From the IMG/VR virus record IMGVR_UViG_2657244986_000004: a stretch of DNA of 5,546 nt; one strand, written 5' to 3'. This stretch comes from a virus (lineage: Duplodnaviria; Heunggongvirae; Uroviricota; Caudoviricetes). The first letter of the stretch is position 1. Each line of letters begins with the position of its first letter. Below the pieces are notes generated by a model. The model did no database searches and was not told the origin of the DNA. It saw only the letters and a list, made by a program, of their open reading frames with translations. This document shows positions 1 through 5,546 of the stretch, piece by piece. Made by a program: the position numbers and the translations under genes.

Positions 1-1
1 T

Positions 2-70
2 AAGCAATGGAAAGGTCTCATGACTCGTCGTGAGATTGAGCGTGAAATCTGTTTGTGGGTGCAACAATGA
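2..70 (+). CDS. Phage endolysin (lysozyme-type, lambda R / RrrD-like), C-terminal fragment; 5' end lies outside the window
   Basis: Frame 2 is open from the window edge to TGA at 68-70 and translates to [22 protein letters not shown]. This matches from memory the C-terminal tail of enterobacterial prophage lysozymes (recalled as ...[24 protein letters not shown]). It sits directly upstream of Rz, as expected for a lysis cassette. Only about 22 codons are visible. Confidence 0.55.
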   Translation, partial: KQWKGLMTRREIEREICLWVQQ

Positions 71-158
71 GCATGATTTGCTTTTTCATGGCAGCGTTGC
101 TCGCATTCAATGGCAACGATGCGTGGCCGTGGTTTCTGGCCGTTGGAGTGTTGATGTC

Positions 159-617
159 ATGAGTCGGTTAACCGCGATTATCTCCGCTCTGGTTATCTGC
201 ATCATCGTCTGCCTGTCATTGGCTGTTAATCATTACCGTGATAACGCAATCGCCTACAAAGAGCAGCGCGATAACAAGGCCAGTGAACTGGAGAAGGCGA
301 ACGCCACCATCGCTGACATGCGGAAGCGTCAACGTGATGTAGCAGAACTCGACGCAAGATACACAAAGGAGCTTGCTGATGCTAACGCGACTATCGAAAG
401 TCTCCGTGCTGATGTTTCTGCTGGGCGTAAGCGCCTGCAAGTCGCCGCCACCTGTGCAAAGTCAACGACCGGAGCCAGCGGCATGGGCGATGGAGAAAGC
501 CCAGGACTTACAGCAGATGCTGAACTCAATTATTACCGTCTCCGAAGTGGAATCGACAAGATAACCGCGCAGGTTAACTACCTGCAGGAATACATCAGGA
601 CGCAATGCCTGAAATAA
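159..617 (+). CDS. Rz: Rz i-spanin (inner-membrane spanin subunit)
   Basis: The six-frame ORF is 30..617, but the N-terminus [29 protein letters not shown]... at 159 is near-identical to my recollection of the lambda Rz N-terminus ([29 protein letters not shown]...). It has a single N-terminal transmembrane segment followed by a charged, coiled-coil-like periplasmic region. GGAG lies 9 nt upstream of the ATG at 159. The ATG at 30 would add a 43-residue extension overlapping the endolysin 3' end and is rejected. Confidence 0.88.
   Translation: MSRLTAIISALVICIIVCLSLAVNHYRDNAIAYKEQRDNKASELEKANATIADMRKRQRDVAELDARYTKELADANATIESLRADVSAGRKRLQVAATCAKSTTGASGMGDGESPGLTADAELNYYRLRSGIDKITAQVNYLQEYIRTQCLK
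373..564 (+). CDS. Rz1: Rz1 o-spanin (outer-membrane lipoprotein), embedded in the +1 frame of Rz
   Basis: The 63-aa ORF lies wholly inside Rz in a different frame. It has a signal peptide ending in a lipobox-like VSAC ([22 protein letters not shown]), followed by a proline-rich mature region ([16 protein letters not shown]). This is the classic lambda Rz1 architecture. The exact start (373 vs 379) is uncertain. Confidence 0.75.
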   Translation: MLMLTRLSKVSVLMFLLGVSACKSPPPVQSQRPEPAAWAMEKAQDLQQMLNSIITVSEVESTR

Positions 618-648
618 TTTTTTTGCAAATCACAAAGTCCATTTAATG

Positions 649-671
649 AGCCTCGCGATGCGGGGCTTTTT
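649..671 (+). terminator. Rho-independent terminator downstream of Rz
   Basis: AGCCTCGC (649-656) pairs with GCGGGGCT (660-667), one G-U wobble, 3-nt loop GAT. It is followed by a T-run at 667-671. Confidence 0.6.
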
Positions 672-678
672 GCAATAA

Positions 679-703
679 ATGCGTACCGCAACGCATGTTT
701 TTT
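679..703 (+). terminator. Second tandem Rho-independent terminator
   Basis: ATGCGT (679-684) pairs with ACGCAT (691-696), loop ACCGCA. It is followed by G and a six-T run at 698-703. Confidence 0.55.
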
Positions 704-818
704 ACACCGAACCTGCCCCTTTGGAATGGGCCTTTGAGGATACCAGTTAGTGCTGGCGAGCCTCGGTGGGCTGGTTTCCTGTGCGGCAAAGGTTCATTTC
801 AAAGAGTAGGTACACGCT

Positions 819-1316
819 ATGAAATCATTAACCCTCTTCAATCAACCAATTCGTATCGGTGAAGATGGCATGATCTGCCTCACTGATATGTGGAAAGCCA
901 GTGGTAAAAGTGAATCTGAATCGCCTTACCACTACCTGCGAAACAAGCAGACCAAAGAGTTCTTAGCCGAGCTGGAGAAAAACCACGAATCTGTGGTTTT
1001 TACTGAGCGCGGTGTACACGGTGGAACATATGGCGGGAAGTTTGTTGCTTACGATTATGCGGCTTGGTTAAACCCCGGGTTCAAGTACGCGGCCTATAAA
1101 GTCCTCGATGACTACTTCACCGGAGAACTTCAGCATCGCAACAGCTTAAGTGCGCAGCTCAACATGAAATGTCATGAGTTTGACCAGAAGAAAGACATGG
1201 CGAGCTTCTGCGGACAAGGGCTGGCAGCATGGCGCTATACGAAGCCAGTGTTGGTCGCTGAGATTAACTCCCTGGCTAACCAGCTGCAGATTACGATCCC
1301 CGGGCTTCCGGGATGA
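819..1316 (+). CDS. KilA-N (APSES-type) domain protein, phage accessory gene
   Basis: A 165-aa ORF. The N-terminal region (...IRIGEDGMICLTDMWKASGKSESESPYHYLRNKQTKEFLAEL...ERGVHGGTYGGKFVAYDYAAWLNPGF) fits the KilA-N/APSES pattern as I recall it from Mbp1-type sequences (...VNATHILKAAN..K......GG.GKYQGTWV...). The domain call is from memory, not a search. The RBS is weak (GTAGG about 8 nt upstream). Confidence 0.55.
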   Translation: MKSLTLFNQPIRIGEDGMICLTDMWKASGKSESESPYHYLRNKQTKEFLAELEKNHESVVFTERGVHGGTYGGKFVAYDYAAWLNPGFKYAAYKVLDDYFTGELQHRNSLSAQLNMKCHEFDQKKDMASFCGQGLAAWRYTKPVLVAEINSLANQLQITIPGLPG

Positions 1317-1576
1317 GTGATCGTGTCATTGAATGCGCCTCCAGAGCGGGGCGCGACTTCTCAGAGTTCATGAAAGGCGAGAAGGGCATGATGGAAGCAT
1401 TGGCCTCGGTGGATGAGTTTGGCGAGCAGCTGCGCCTCAACGGCTGTGTCAATCATCACTTTGTTAGCTACATGATGCGGAACTCGATCATGCAGGCATT
1501 CATGGACATGGCAAAAGCCGAGAGGAAAGAAGAGCGCCGGCGTAAGCGAGCGGAAGCAAAAGCAAAAGTGAAGTAG
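1313..1576 (+). CDS. Hypothetical protein (87 aa), translationally coupled to the upstream KilA-N gene
   Basis: The ATG at 1313 overlaps the upstream stop (ATGA at 1313-1316). The C-terminus is highly charged and Lys/Arg-rich (KAERKEERRRKRAEAKAKVK). No family recognised. It could be an independent small gene or the detached C-terminal part of a longer KilA-N protein. Confidence 0.5.
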   Translation: MSDRVIECASRAGRDFSEFMKGEKGMMEALASVDEFGEQLRLNGCVNHHFVSYMMRNSIMQAFMDMAKAERKEERRRKRAEAKAKVK

Positions 1577-1611
1577 CCATTACAAAGCCCATTTACGGGT
1601 GGGCTTGATAA
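1577..1611 (+). repeat. Direct repeat copy A (35 bp), contains a 7-bp stem hairpin
   Basis: CCATTACAAAGCCCATTTACGGGTGGGCTTGATAA, immediately after the stop of the 87-aa ORF. AAGCCCA pairs with TGGGCTT. No T-run follows. It matches copy B at 29 of 35 aligned positions by my hand alignment. Confidence 0.6.
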
Positions 1612-1996
1612 TGAAACCGGAATTTATTCTGGGCCACCAGTTAACGGCAGTACCACGAAACAACCCAAGCCAGTAAGTGGGGAAATAACACTGGCAGCCA
1701 CTGAAAGATGAAGCTCCTGCCTTAAGGCAAAAAAGATTCTTTGTGGTGGCGGACTGATGGAAAGACATCGGTTATTGCAGAGGCCATTCAATGAGTGGTC
1801 TCGACAATGGCTTATACCCTACACGGGATAACTTAACTGATATCCCTTTTAACGGATAAAGGTATTCAAGCCTGACACATCATGCGCTGTATCGTCGCTG
1901 TATTCCCGCATTAACCATGACCGTAGCCCGACGGGGAACACCTTCTGCACGAGTGTGCGGAAAATCAAAGAATTACGAGAACTACTCAATGACTCT

Positions 1997-2030
1997 CCAT
2001 TACAAAGTCTATCTGCGGGGGGCTTGATAA
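1997..2030 (+). repeat. Direct repeat copy B (34 bp), degenerate copy of A
   Basis: CCATTACAAAGTCTATCTGCGGGGGGCTTGATAA. The first 11 nt and last 11 nt are identical to copy A. The hairpin is not conserved. It lies about 60 bp upstream of the 74-aa gene start. Confidence 0.6.
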
Positions 2031-2053
2031 AGGTGCTTTCACCTCGCTTAGCA

Positions 2054-2062
2054 TGGTATGTT
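2054..2062 (+). promoter_or_regulatory. Candidate extended -10 promoter element (TGgTATGTT) for the 74-aa gene
   Basis: TGnTATGTT fits the extended -10 pattern TGnTATAAT. It lies about 28 nt upstream of the ATG at 2090 and just upstream of a GGGAGG Shine-Dalgarno (2080-2085). No convincing -35. Prediction by eye only. Confidence 0.3.
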
Positions 2063-2089
2063 CTGACTACCAACTTTTTGGGAGGACAC

Positions 2090-2314
2090 ATGGAACTGAT
2101 AAATGGACGGCCAGGCAGAGATTTTATAGTGGGAACATATACCTACTCAGAAATTAAAGATCTTAACTTCATGGCTAAGGAAGAGAAAAGAGCTCGTGAA
2201 GAGCTAAAGCATCGGGGTTACGAATTGGCGTATATCAAGGCGGACTCTGAATGTAACGGGATGTTTGTCAGGGCGTACCGGGTCTATACTGACAAAGCGC
2301 CATTTAATGTCTAA
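2090..2314 (+). CDS. Hypothetical small protein (74 aa), first gene of the AT-rich accessory cassette
   Basis: The ATG at 2090 is preceded by a strong SD GGGAGG (2080-2085). The six-frame ORF starts at GTG 1955, but that extension has no RBS and overlaps repeat B. Translation: MELINGRPGRDFIVGTYTYSEIKDLNFMAKEEKRAREELKHRGYELAYIKADSECNGMFVRAYRVYTDKAPFNV. No family recognised. The local sequence is visibly AT-richer than the flanks. Confidence 0.6.
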   Translation: MELINGRPGRDFIVGTYTYSEIKDLNFMAKEEKRAREELKHRGYELAYIKADSECNGMFVRAYRVYTDKAPFNV

Positions 2315-2361
2315 ATATACCTCGGGCGGTTTTTTACGTTCATTACCGTACGCAATTACAG

Positions 2362-2382
2362 CAGGCATTCATTGAGTGCCTG
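2362..2382 (+). promoter_or_regulatory. Intergenic hairpin / inverted repeat between the two cassette genes
   Basis: CAGGCA (2362-2367) pairs with TGCCTG (2377-2382), 9-nt loop. No T-run follows, so it is not a classic terminator. Possible operator or RNA-processing element. A -35/-10-like pair (TTATCA ... TATTCT) lies just downstream at about 2393-2420. Confidence 0.3.
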
Positions 2383-2449
2383 TGATAATGATTTATCAAC
2401 GTGCTTGCAAACGGTATTCTAGACCTCCAATTATCCTAAGGAGGTTTTT

Positions 2450-2854
2450 GTGGTTAAAAATTTAGAATACATGAAGGGGATGCTTGAGGTATTTTTGAAA
2501 GCGAAAACTCCCTTTATATCTACAAAAGACTTAGCTAATGCGGGGTACGATATCTGCTCGAATGAAGGGATGTTTCATTATCTACTTCTTATTGAGCAAG
2601 GTTATATCAGTAATAAAGATCTAATAACGGATGACATAACTAAACTGGGCTACATGCGCCATTGTGGCCATATGCTAGATATGGGTACCGACGTGCGACT
2701 ATCTGCGCAGGGACAAGAATTCGCCCAGGCATTAAATGAACCTACGGTTTTTGAGAAATTAAAGTCAATGAGCGATGCCCCTTTGAGTACAATCAAAGAT
2801 GTTGGGCTGGAGTTAACGAAGGCCTATTTAAAGAAGAAATTTGGCCTCGAGTAA
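2450..2854 (+). CDS. Hypothetical protein (134 aa), second gene of the AT-rich accessory cassette
   Basis: GTG start at 2450 with a near-perfect SD TAAGGAGG (2437-2444) 5 nt upstream. An alternative in-frame ATG is at 2471. AT-rich codon usage. The motif VRLSAQGQEFAQAL loosely resembles the R-L-T-x-x-G-x-E-F-L motif I associate with DUF2513-type phage proteins. That assignment is weak and untested. Confidence 0.65.
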   Translation: MVKNLEYMKGMLEVFLKAKTPFISTKDLANAGYDICSNEGMFHYLLLIEQGYISNKDLITDDITKLGYMRHCGHMLDMGTDVRLSAQGQEFAQALNEPTVFEKLKSMSDAPLSTIKDVGLELTKAYLKKKFGLE

Positions 2855-2914
2855 AATTTCTACCCTCACGAGTTAAGTTGTTTTGTGATGGTTATTCGCA
2901 ATGAATATCTCTAG

Positions 2915-2941
2915 CCACTGGCATTTGCTGGTGGTTTTTTT
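2915..2941 (+). terminator. Rho-independent terminator closing the AT-rich cassette
   Basis: CCACTGG (2915-2921) pairs with CTGGTGG (2928-2934), 7 bp including two G-U wobbles, loop CATTTG. It is followed by a seven-T run at 2935-2941. Confidence 0.5.
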
Positions 2942-3041
2942 ATGCGCATCCCTCGCGCACCACAAAGGGAGTCTTTCAGTAGTGATTCGTAACCGGCTCA
3001 TTTAAACCGTCTGGTCTGTTTCCTCCGGCTCTACAAAAATA

Positions 3042-3719
3042 ATGTCCATCATTTTTAATGGACACTATCGTATGAAACACCGGACCTGGATCACTGAAGC
3101 TTTACGTCTTCACTTTGAAGAACATTTACCCCGGGTTGTGGCCGGGCGTCGCCTGGGTGTACCAAAATCAACAGTTTGTAGTATGTTCGTGCGCTTTCGG
3201 AGAGCTGGCCTTTCGTGGCCTTTGCCCGCAGGCATGTCGGAGCAGGAACTTGATGCCTGCCTTTACGGACAATTTTCCACGGTACCAGTCGTACGTCCTG
3301 AAAGCACCGTTATATCCGAAGCCCCCGTGGTAAAAAAACGTCCCCGGCGGCCCAACTTCCCTTATGAGTTTAAAATCGCCTTAGTGGAGCAGTCACTGCA
3401 GCCCGGAGCCTGTGTGGCGCAGATCGCCCGGGAAAACGGAATCAACGATAACCTGCTCTTCAACTGGCGCCATCAATACCGGAAAGGTGGCCTGCTGCCT
3501 TCCGGAAAAAATATGCCGGCACTGCTTCCCGTGACGTTAACGCCGGAGCCGGATAATAAAATCCCGGCCCCCGCACAGGAACCAGAGCAGATAAATACAC
3601 CGTCCGACAGTCTGTGTTGTGAGCTGGTTCTGCCGGCCGGAACTCTCAGGCTTAAAGGTAAACTGACGCCGGCGTTATTACAGACACTTATCCGCGAAAT
3701 AAAAGGGAGCAGCCACTGA
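3042..3719 (+). CDS. tnpA: IS66-family accessory protein TnpA (orf1)
   Basis: A 225-aa ORF. The segment ...PRRPNFPYEFKIALVEQSLQPGACVAQIARENGINDNLLFNWRHQYRKG... matches the helix-turn-helix region of IS66 TnpA proteins as I remember them. The start is ambiguous: ATGs at 3042, 3060, 3072 and 3234 are in frame and none has a clear SD. Confidence 0.8.
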   Translation: MSIIFNGHYRMKHRTWITEALRLHFEEHLPRVVAGRRLGVPKSTVCSMFVRFRRAGLSWPLPAGMSEQELDACLYGQFSTVPVVRPESTVISEAPVVKKRPRRPNFPYEFKIALVEQSLQPGACVAQIARENGINDNLLFNWRHQYRKGGLLPSGKNMPALLPVTLTPEPDNKIPAPAQEPEQINTPSDSLCCELVLPAGTLRLKGKLTPALLQTLIREIKGSSH

Positions 3720-4066
3720 TGATATCTCTCCCTGCAGGTTCGCGTATCTGGCTGGTTGCAGGTATCACCGATATGCGAAATGGCTTTAACGGCCTGGCAT
3801 CAAAAGTTCAGAACGTCCTGAAGGATGACCCGTTCTCCGGACACCTGTTCATCTTCCGCGGACGCCGGGGTGACCAGATAAAAGTGTTGTGGGCTGACAG
3901 TGACGGACTGTGCCTCTTCACCAAACGCCTGGAGCGGGGCCGCTTCGTCTGGCCAGTCACCCGTGACGGCAAGGTGCACCTTACTCCGGCTCAGTTATCC
4001 ATGCTTCTTGAAGGTATCAACTGGAAGCACCCGAAACGAACGGAACGCGCTGGAATCCGCATATAA
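3719..4066 (+). CDS. tnpB: IS66-family TnpB (orf2)
   Basis: A 115-aa protein, MISLPAGSRIWLVAGITDMRNGFNGLASKVQNVLKDDPFSGHLFIFRGRRGDQIKVLWADSDGLCLFTKRLERGRFVWP..., the hallmark IS66 Orf2 sequence pattern. The ATG at 3719 overlaps the tnpA stop by 1 nt. Confidence 0.9.
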   Translation: MISLPAGSRIWLVAGITDMRNGFNGLASKVQNVLKDDPFSGHLFIFRGRRGDQIKVLWADSDGLCLFTKRLERGRFVWPVTRDGKVHLTPAQLSMLLEGINWKHPKRTERAGIRI

Positions 4067-4085
4067 CCCGTTGTAAAGTGAGGAT

Positions 4086-5546
4086 ATGGACACCTCACTT
4101 GCTCATGAGAACGCCCGCCTGCGGGCACTGTTGCAGACGCAACAGGACACCATCCGCCAGATGGCTGAATACAACCGCCTGCTCTCACAGCGGGTGGCGG
4201 CTTATGCTTCCGAAATCAACCGGCTGAAGGCGCTGGTTGCGAAACTGCAACGTATGCAGTTCGGTAAAAGCTCAGAAAAACTTCGTGCAAAAACCGAACG
4301 GCAGATACAGGAAGCACAGGAGCGAATCAGCGCACTTCAGGAAGAAATGGCGGAAACGCTGGGTGAGCAATATGACCCGGTACTGCCATCCGCCCTGCGC
4401 CAGTCTTCAGCCCGTAAACCGTTACCGGCCTCACTTCCCCGTGAAACCCGGGTTATCCGGCCGGAAGAGGAATGCTGTCCTGCCTGTGGTGGTGAACTCA
4501 GTTCTCTGGGATGTGATGTGTCAGAGCAACTGGAGCTTATCAGCAGCGCCTTTAAGGTTATCGAAACACAACGTCCGAAACAGGCCTGTTGCCGGTGCGA
4601 CCATATCGTGCAGGCACCAGTACCTTCAAAACCCATTGCACGCAGTTATGCCGGAGCGGGGCTTCTGGCCCATGTTGTCACCGGGAAATATGCAGACCAT
4701 CTGCCGTTATACCGCCAGTCAGAAATATACCGTCGTCAGGGAGTGGAGCTGAGCCGTGCCACACTGGGGCGCTGGACAGGTGCTGTTGCTGAACTGCTGG
4801 AGCCGCTGTATGACGTCCTGCGCCAGTATGTGCTGATGCCCGGTAAAGTCCATGCTGATGATATCCCCGTCCCGGTCCAGGAGCCGGGCAGCGGTAAAAC
4901 CCGGACAGCCCGGCTGTGGGTCTACGTCCGTGATGACCGTAACGCCGGTTCACAGATGCCCCCGGCGGTCTGGTTCGCGTACAGTCCGGACCGGAAAGGT
5001 ATCCATCCACAAAATCACCTGGCCGGTTACAGCGGTGTGCTTCAGGCCGATGCTTACGGTGGTTACCGGGCGTTATACGAATCCGGCAGAATAACGGAAG
5101 CCGCGTGTATGGCTCATGCCCGGAGAAAAATCCACGATGTGCATGCAAGAGCGCCCACCTACATCACCACGGAAGCCCTGCAGCGTATCGGTGAACTGTA
5201 TGCCATCGAGGCAGAGGTCCGGGGCTGTTCAGCAGAACAGCGTCTGGCGGCAAGAAAAGCCAGAGCCGCGCCACTGATGCAGTCACTGTATGACTGGATA
5301 CAGCAACAGATGAAAACACTGTCGCGTCACTCAGATACGGCAAAAGCGTTCGCATACCTGCTGAAACAGTGGGATGCACTGAACGTGTACTGCAGTAATG
5401 GCTGGGTGGAAATCGACAACAACATCGCAGAGAACGCCTTACGGGGAGTGGCCGTAGGCCGGAAAAACTGGATGTTCGCGGGTTCCAACAGCGGTGGTGA
5501 ACATGCGGCGGTGTTGTACTCGCTGATCGGCACATGCCGTCTGAAC
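4086..5546 (+). CDS. tnpC: IS66-family transposase TnpC (orf3), 3'-partial (continues beyond the window)
   Basis: My own translation from the ATG at 4086 is open in frame for 487 codons to the last base of the window; an in-frame TAA at 4074-4076 precedes it. It is absent from the ORF track only because it has no stop in the window. N-terminal leucine-zipper-like region ([25 protein letters not shown]...), a Cys cluster (CPACGGEL...CCRCDH), then the transposase core (...[23 protein letters not shown]...[29 protein letters not shown]...). Confidence 0.9.
   Translation, partial: MDTSLAHENARLRALLQTQQDTIRQMAEYNRLLSQRVAAYASEINRLKALVAKLQRMQFGKSSEKLRAKTERQIQEAQERISALQEEMAETLGEQYDPVLPSALRQSSARKPLPASLPRETRVIRPEEECCPACGGELSSLGCDVSEQLELISSAFKVIETQRPKQACCRCDHIVQAPVPSKPIARSYAGAGLLAHVVTGKYADHLPLYRQSEIYRRQGVELSRATLGRWTGAVAELLEPLYDVLRQYVLMPGKVHADDIPVPVQEPGSGKTRTARLWVYVRDDRNAGSQMPPAVWFAYSPDRKGIHPQNHLAGYSGVLQADAYGGYRALYESGRITEAACMAHARRKIHDVHARAPTYITTEALQRIGELYAIEAEVRGCSAEQRLAARKARAAPLMQSLYDWIQQQMKTLSRHSDTAKAFAYLLKQWDALNVYCSNGWVEIDNNIAENALRGVAVGRKNWMFAGSNSGGEHAAVLYSLIGTCRLN

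Larger units (their letters stand above)
2989..5546 (+). mobile_element. IS66-family insertion sequence (tnpA-tnpB-tnpC), 3'-truncated by the window edge; left boundary approximate
   Basis: Three co-directional ORFs in canonical IS66 arrangement: tnpA/tnpB overlap as TGATG at 3717-3721, and tnpC starts 19 nt after the tnpB stop. The region is GC-richer than the upstream cassette. The left end was not identified with certainty. IS66 ends are recalled to begin with GTAA, and the only GTAA between the terminator (2941) and tnpA (3042) is at 2989, so 2989 is a guess. The right end is outside the window. Confidence 0.85.

Noticed and set aside
30-158. N-terminal extension of the Rz ORF starting at ATG 30 (six-frame call 30..617)
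   Set aside because: The conserved Rz N-terminus and transmembrane segment begin at the ATG at 159, which has a GGAG RBS 9 nt upstream. The extension would overlap the endolysin 3' end and add an atypical 43-residue cytoplasmic tail.
216-529. Minus-strand ORFs 216..440 and 329..529
   Set aside because: Antisense to the well-supported Rz/Rz1 genes, no RBS, no recognisable protein features. Expected chance ORFs.
1955-2089. GTG-initiated 5' extension of the 74-aa ORF (six-frame call 1955..2314)
   Set aside because: No RBS at 1955 and the extension runs through repeat B. The ATG at 2090 has a strong GGGAGG SD.
1580-2091. Minus-strand ORFs 1580..1768 (62 aa) and 1849..2091 (80 aa)
   Set aside because: Opposite to the uniform + strand gene direction, no Shine-Dalgarno, low-complexity Cys/Ser/Arg-rich translations. 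The second would start inside the RBS of the 74-aa gene. Kept only as part of the unexplained gap.
2318-2340. Resemblance of ACCTCGGGCGGTTTTTTACG to the lambda cos region (GGGCGGCGACCTCGCGGGTTTTCGC)
   Set aside because: Only a short partial match, with no 12-nt cosN-like sequence and no adjacent terminase gene. More simply explained as a GC/T-run terminator-like segment after the 74-aa gene.
2090-2854. Calling the 74-aa/134-aa pair a toxin-antitoxin or a named defence system
   Set aside because: There is no recognisable toxin or antitoxin fold and no motif I can name. The pairing and moron context alone do not support a specific family, so it is reported only as a candidate for follow-up.
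3115-3333. 72-aa ORF in an alternative frame inside tnpA
   Set aside because: Fully nested in the IS66 tnpA coding frame, which has recognisable family motifs. The alternate frame has none.
3719-4066. Possibility that IS66 TnpB is an RNA-guided nuclease (OMEGA/TnpB-like)
   Set aside because: IS66 TnpB is a small (about 115 aa) protein unrelated to the RuvC-containing TnpB of the IS200/IS605 family. The shared name is coincidental, and the ORF is too short for a nuclease of that kind.
3991-5535. Overlapping ORFs on both strands inside tnpC (3991..4188 -, 4237..4752 +, 4337..4636 -, 4589..4792 +, 4678..5148 -, 4852..5094 +, 5164..5535 -, 5327..5533 -)
   Set aside because: All lie within the continuous 487-codon tnpC reading frame. 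Their translations are Arg/Pro/Cys-rich, typical of off-frame readings of GC-rich coding DNA.
1-5546. CRISPR array, tRNA/tmRNA gene, retron or reverse transcriptase
   Set aside because: No regularly spaced repeats of equal length, no tRNA-like T-loop/acceptor structure found by eye (including in the 1612-2089 gap), and no long ORF beyond the IS66 transposase that could encode an RT.

Overview
This window reads as the lysis end of a lambdoid enterobacterial prophage, followed by accessory genes and an IS66-family insertion sequence. All supported genes are on the + strand. In order: the last ~22 codons of a lysozyme-type endolysin (stop 68-70); a complete Rz/Rz1 spanin pair with Rz1 embedded in the +1 frame of Rz; two tandem Rho-independent terminators; a KilA-N-like gene coupled by an ATGA overlap to an 87-aa ORF; a ~480-bp stretch with no convincing ORF, bracketed by two imperfect 35-bp direct repeats; a visibly AT-richer two-gene cassette (74-aa and 134-aa proteins, strong RBSs, own terminator) that I cannot place in a family; and an IS66-family element (tnpA, tnpB, tnpC) whose transposase runs off the 3' end. 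No tRNA, rRNA or CRISPR array was seen. The best candidates for something new are the AT-rich cassette and the repeat-bracketed non-coding segment. Nothing matches a known defence system. All homology statements come from reading the translations and recalling protein families, not from a search, so they are hypotheses.
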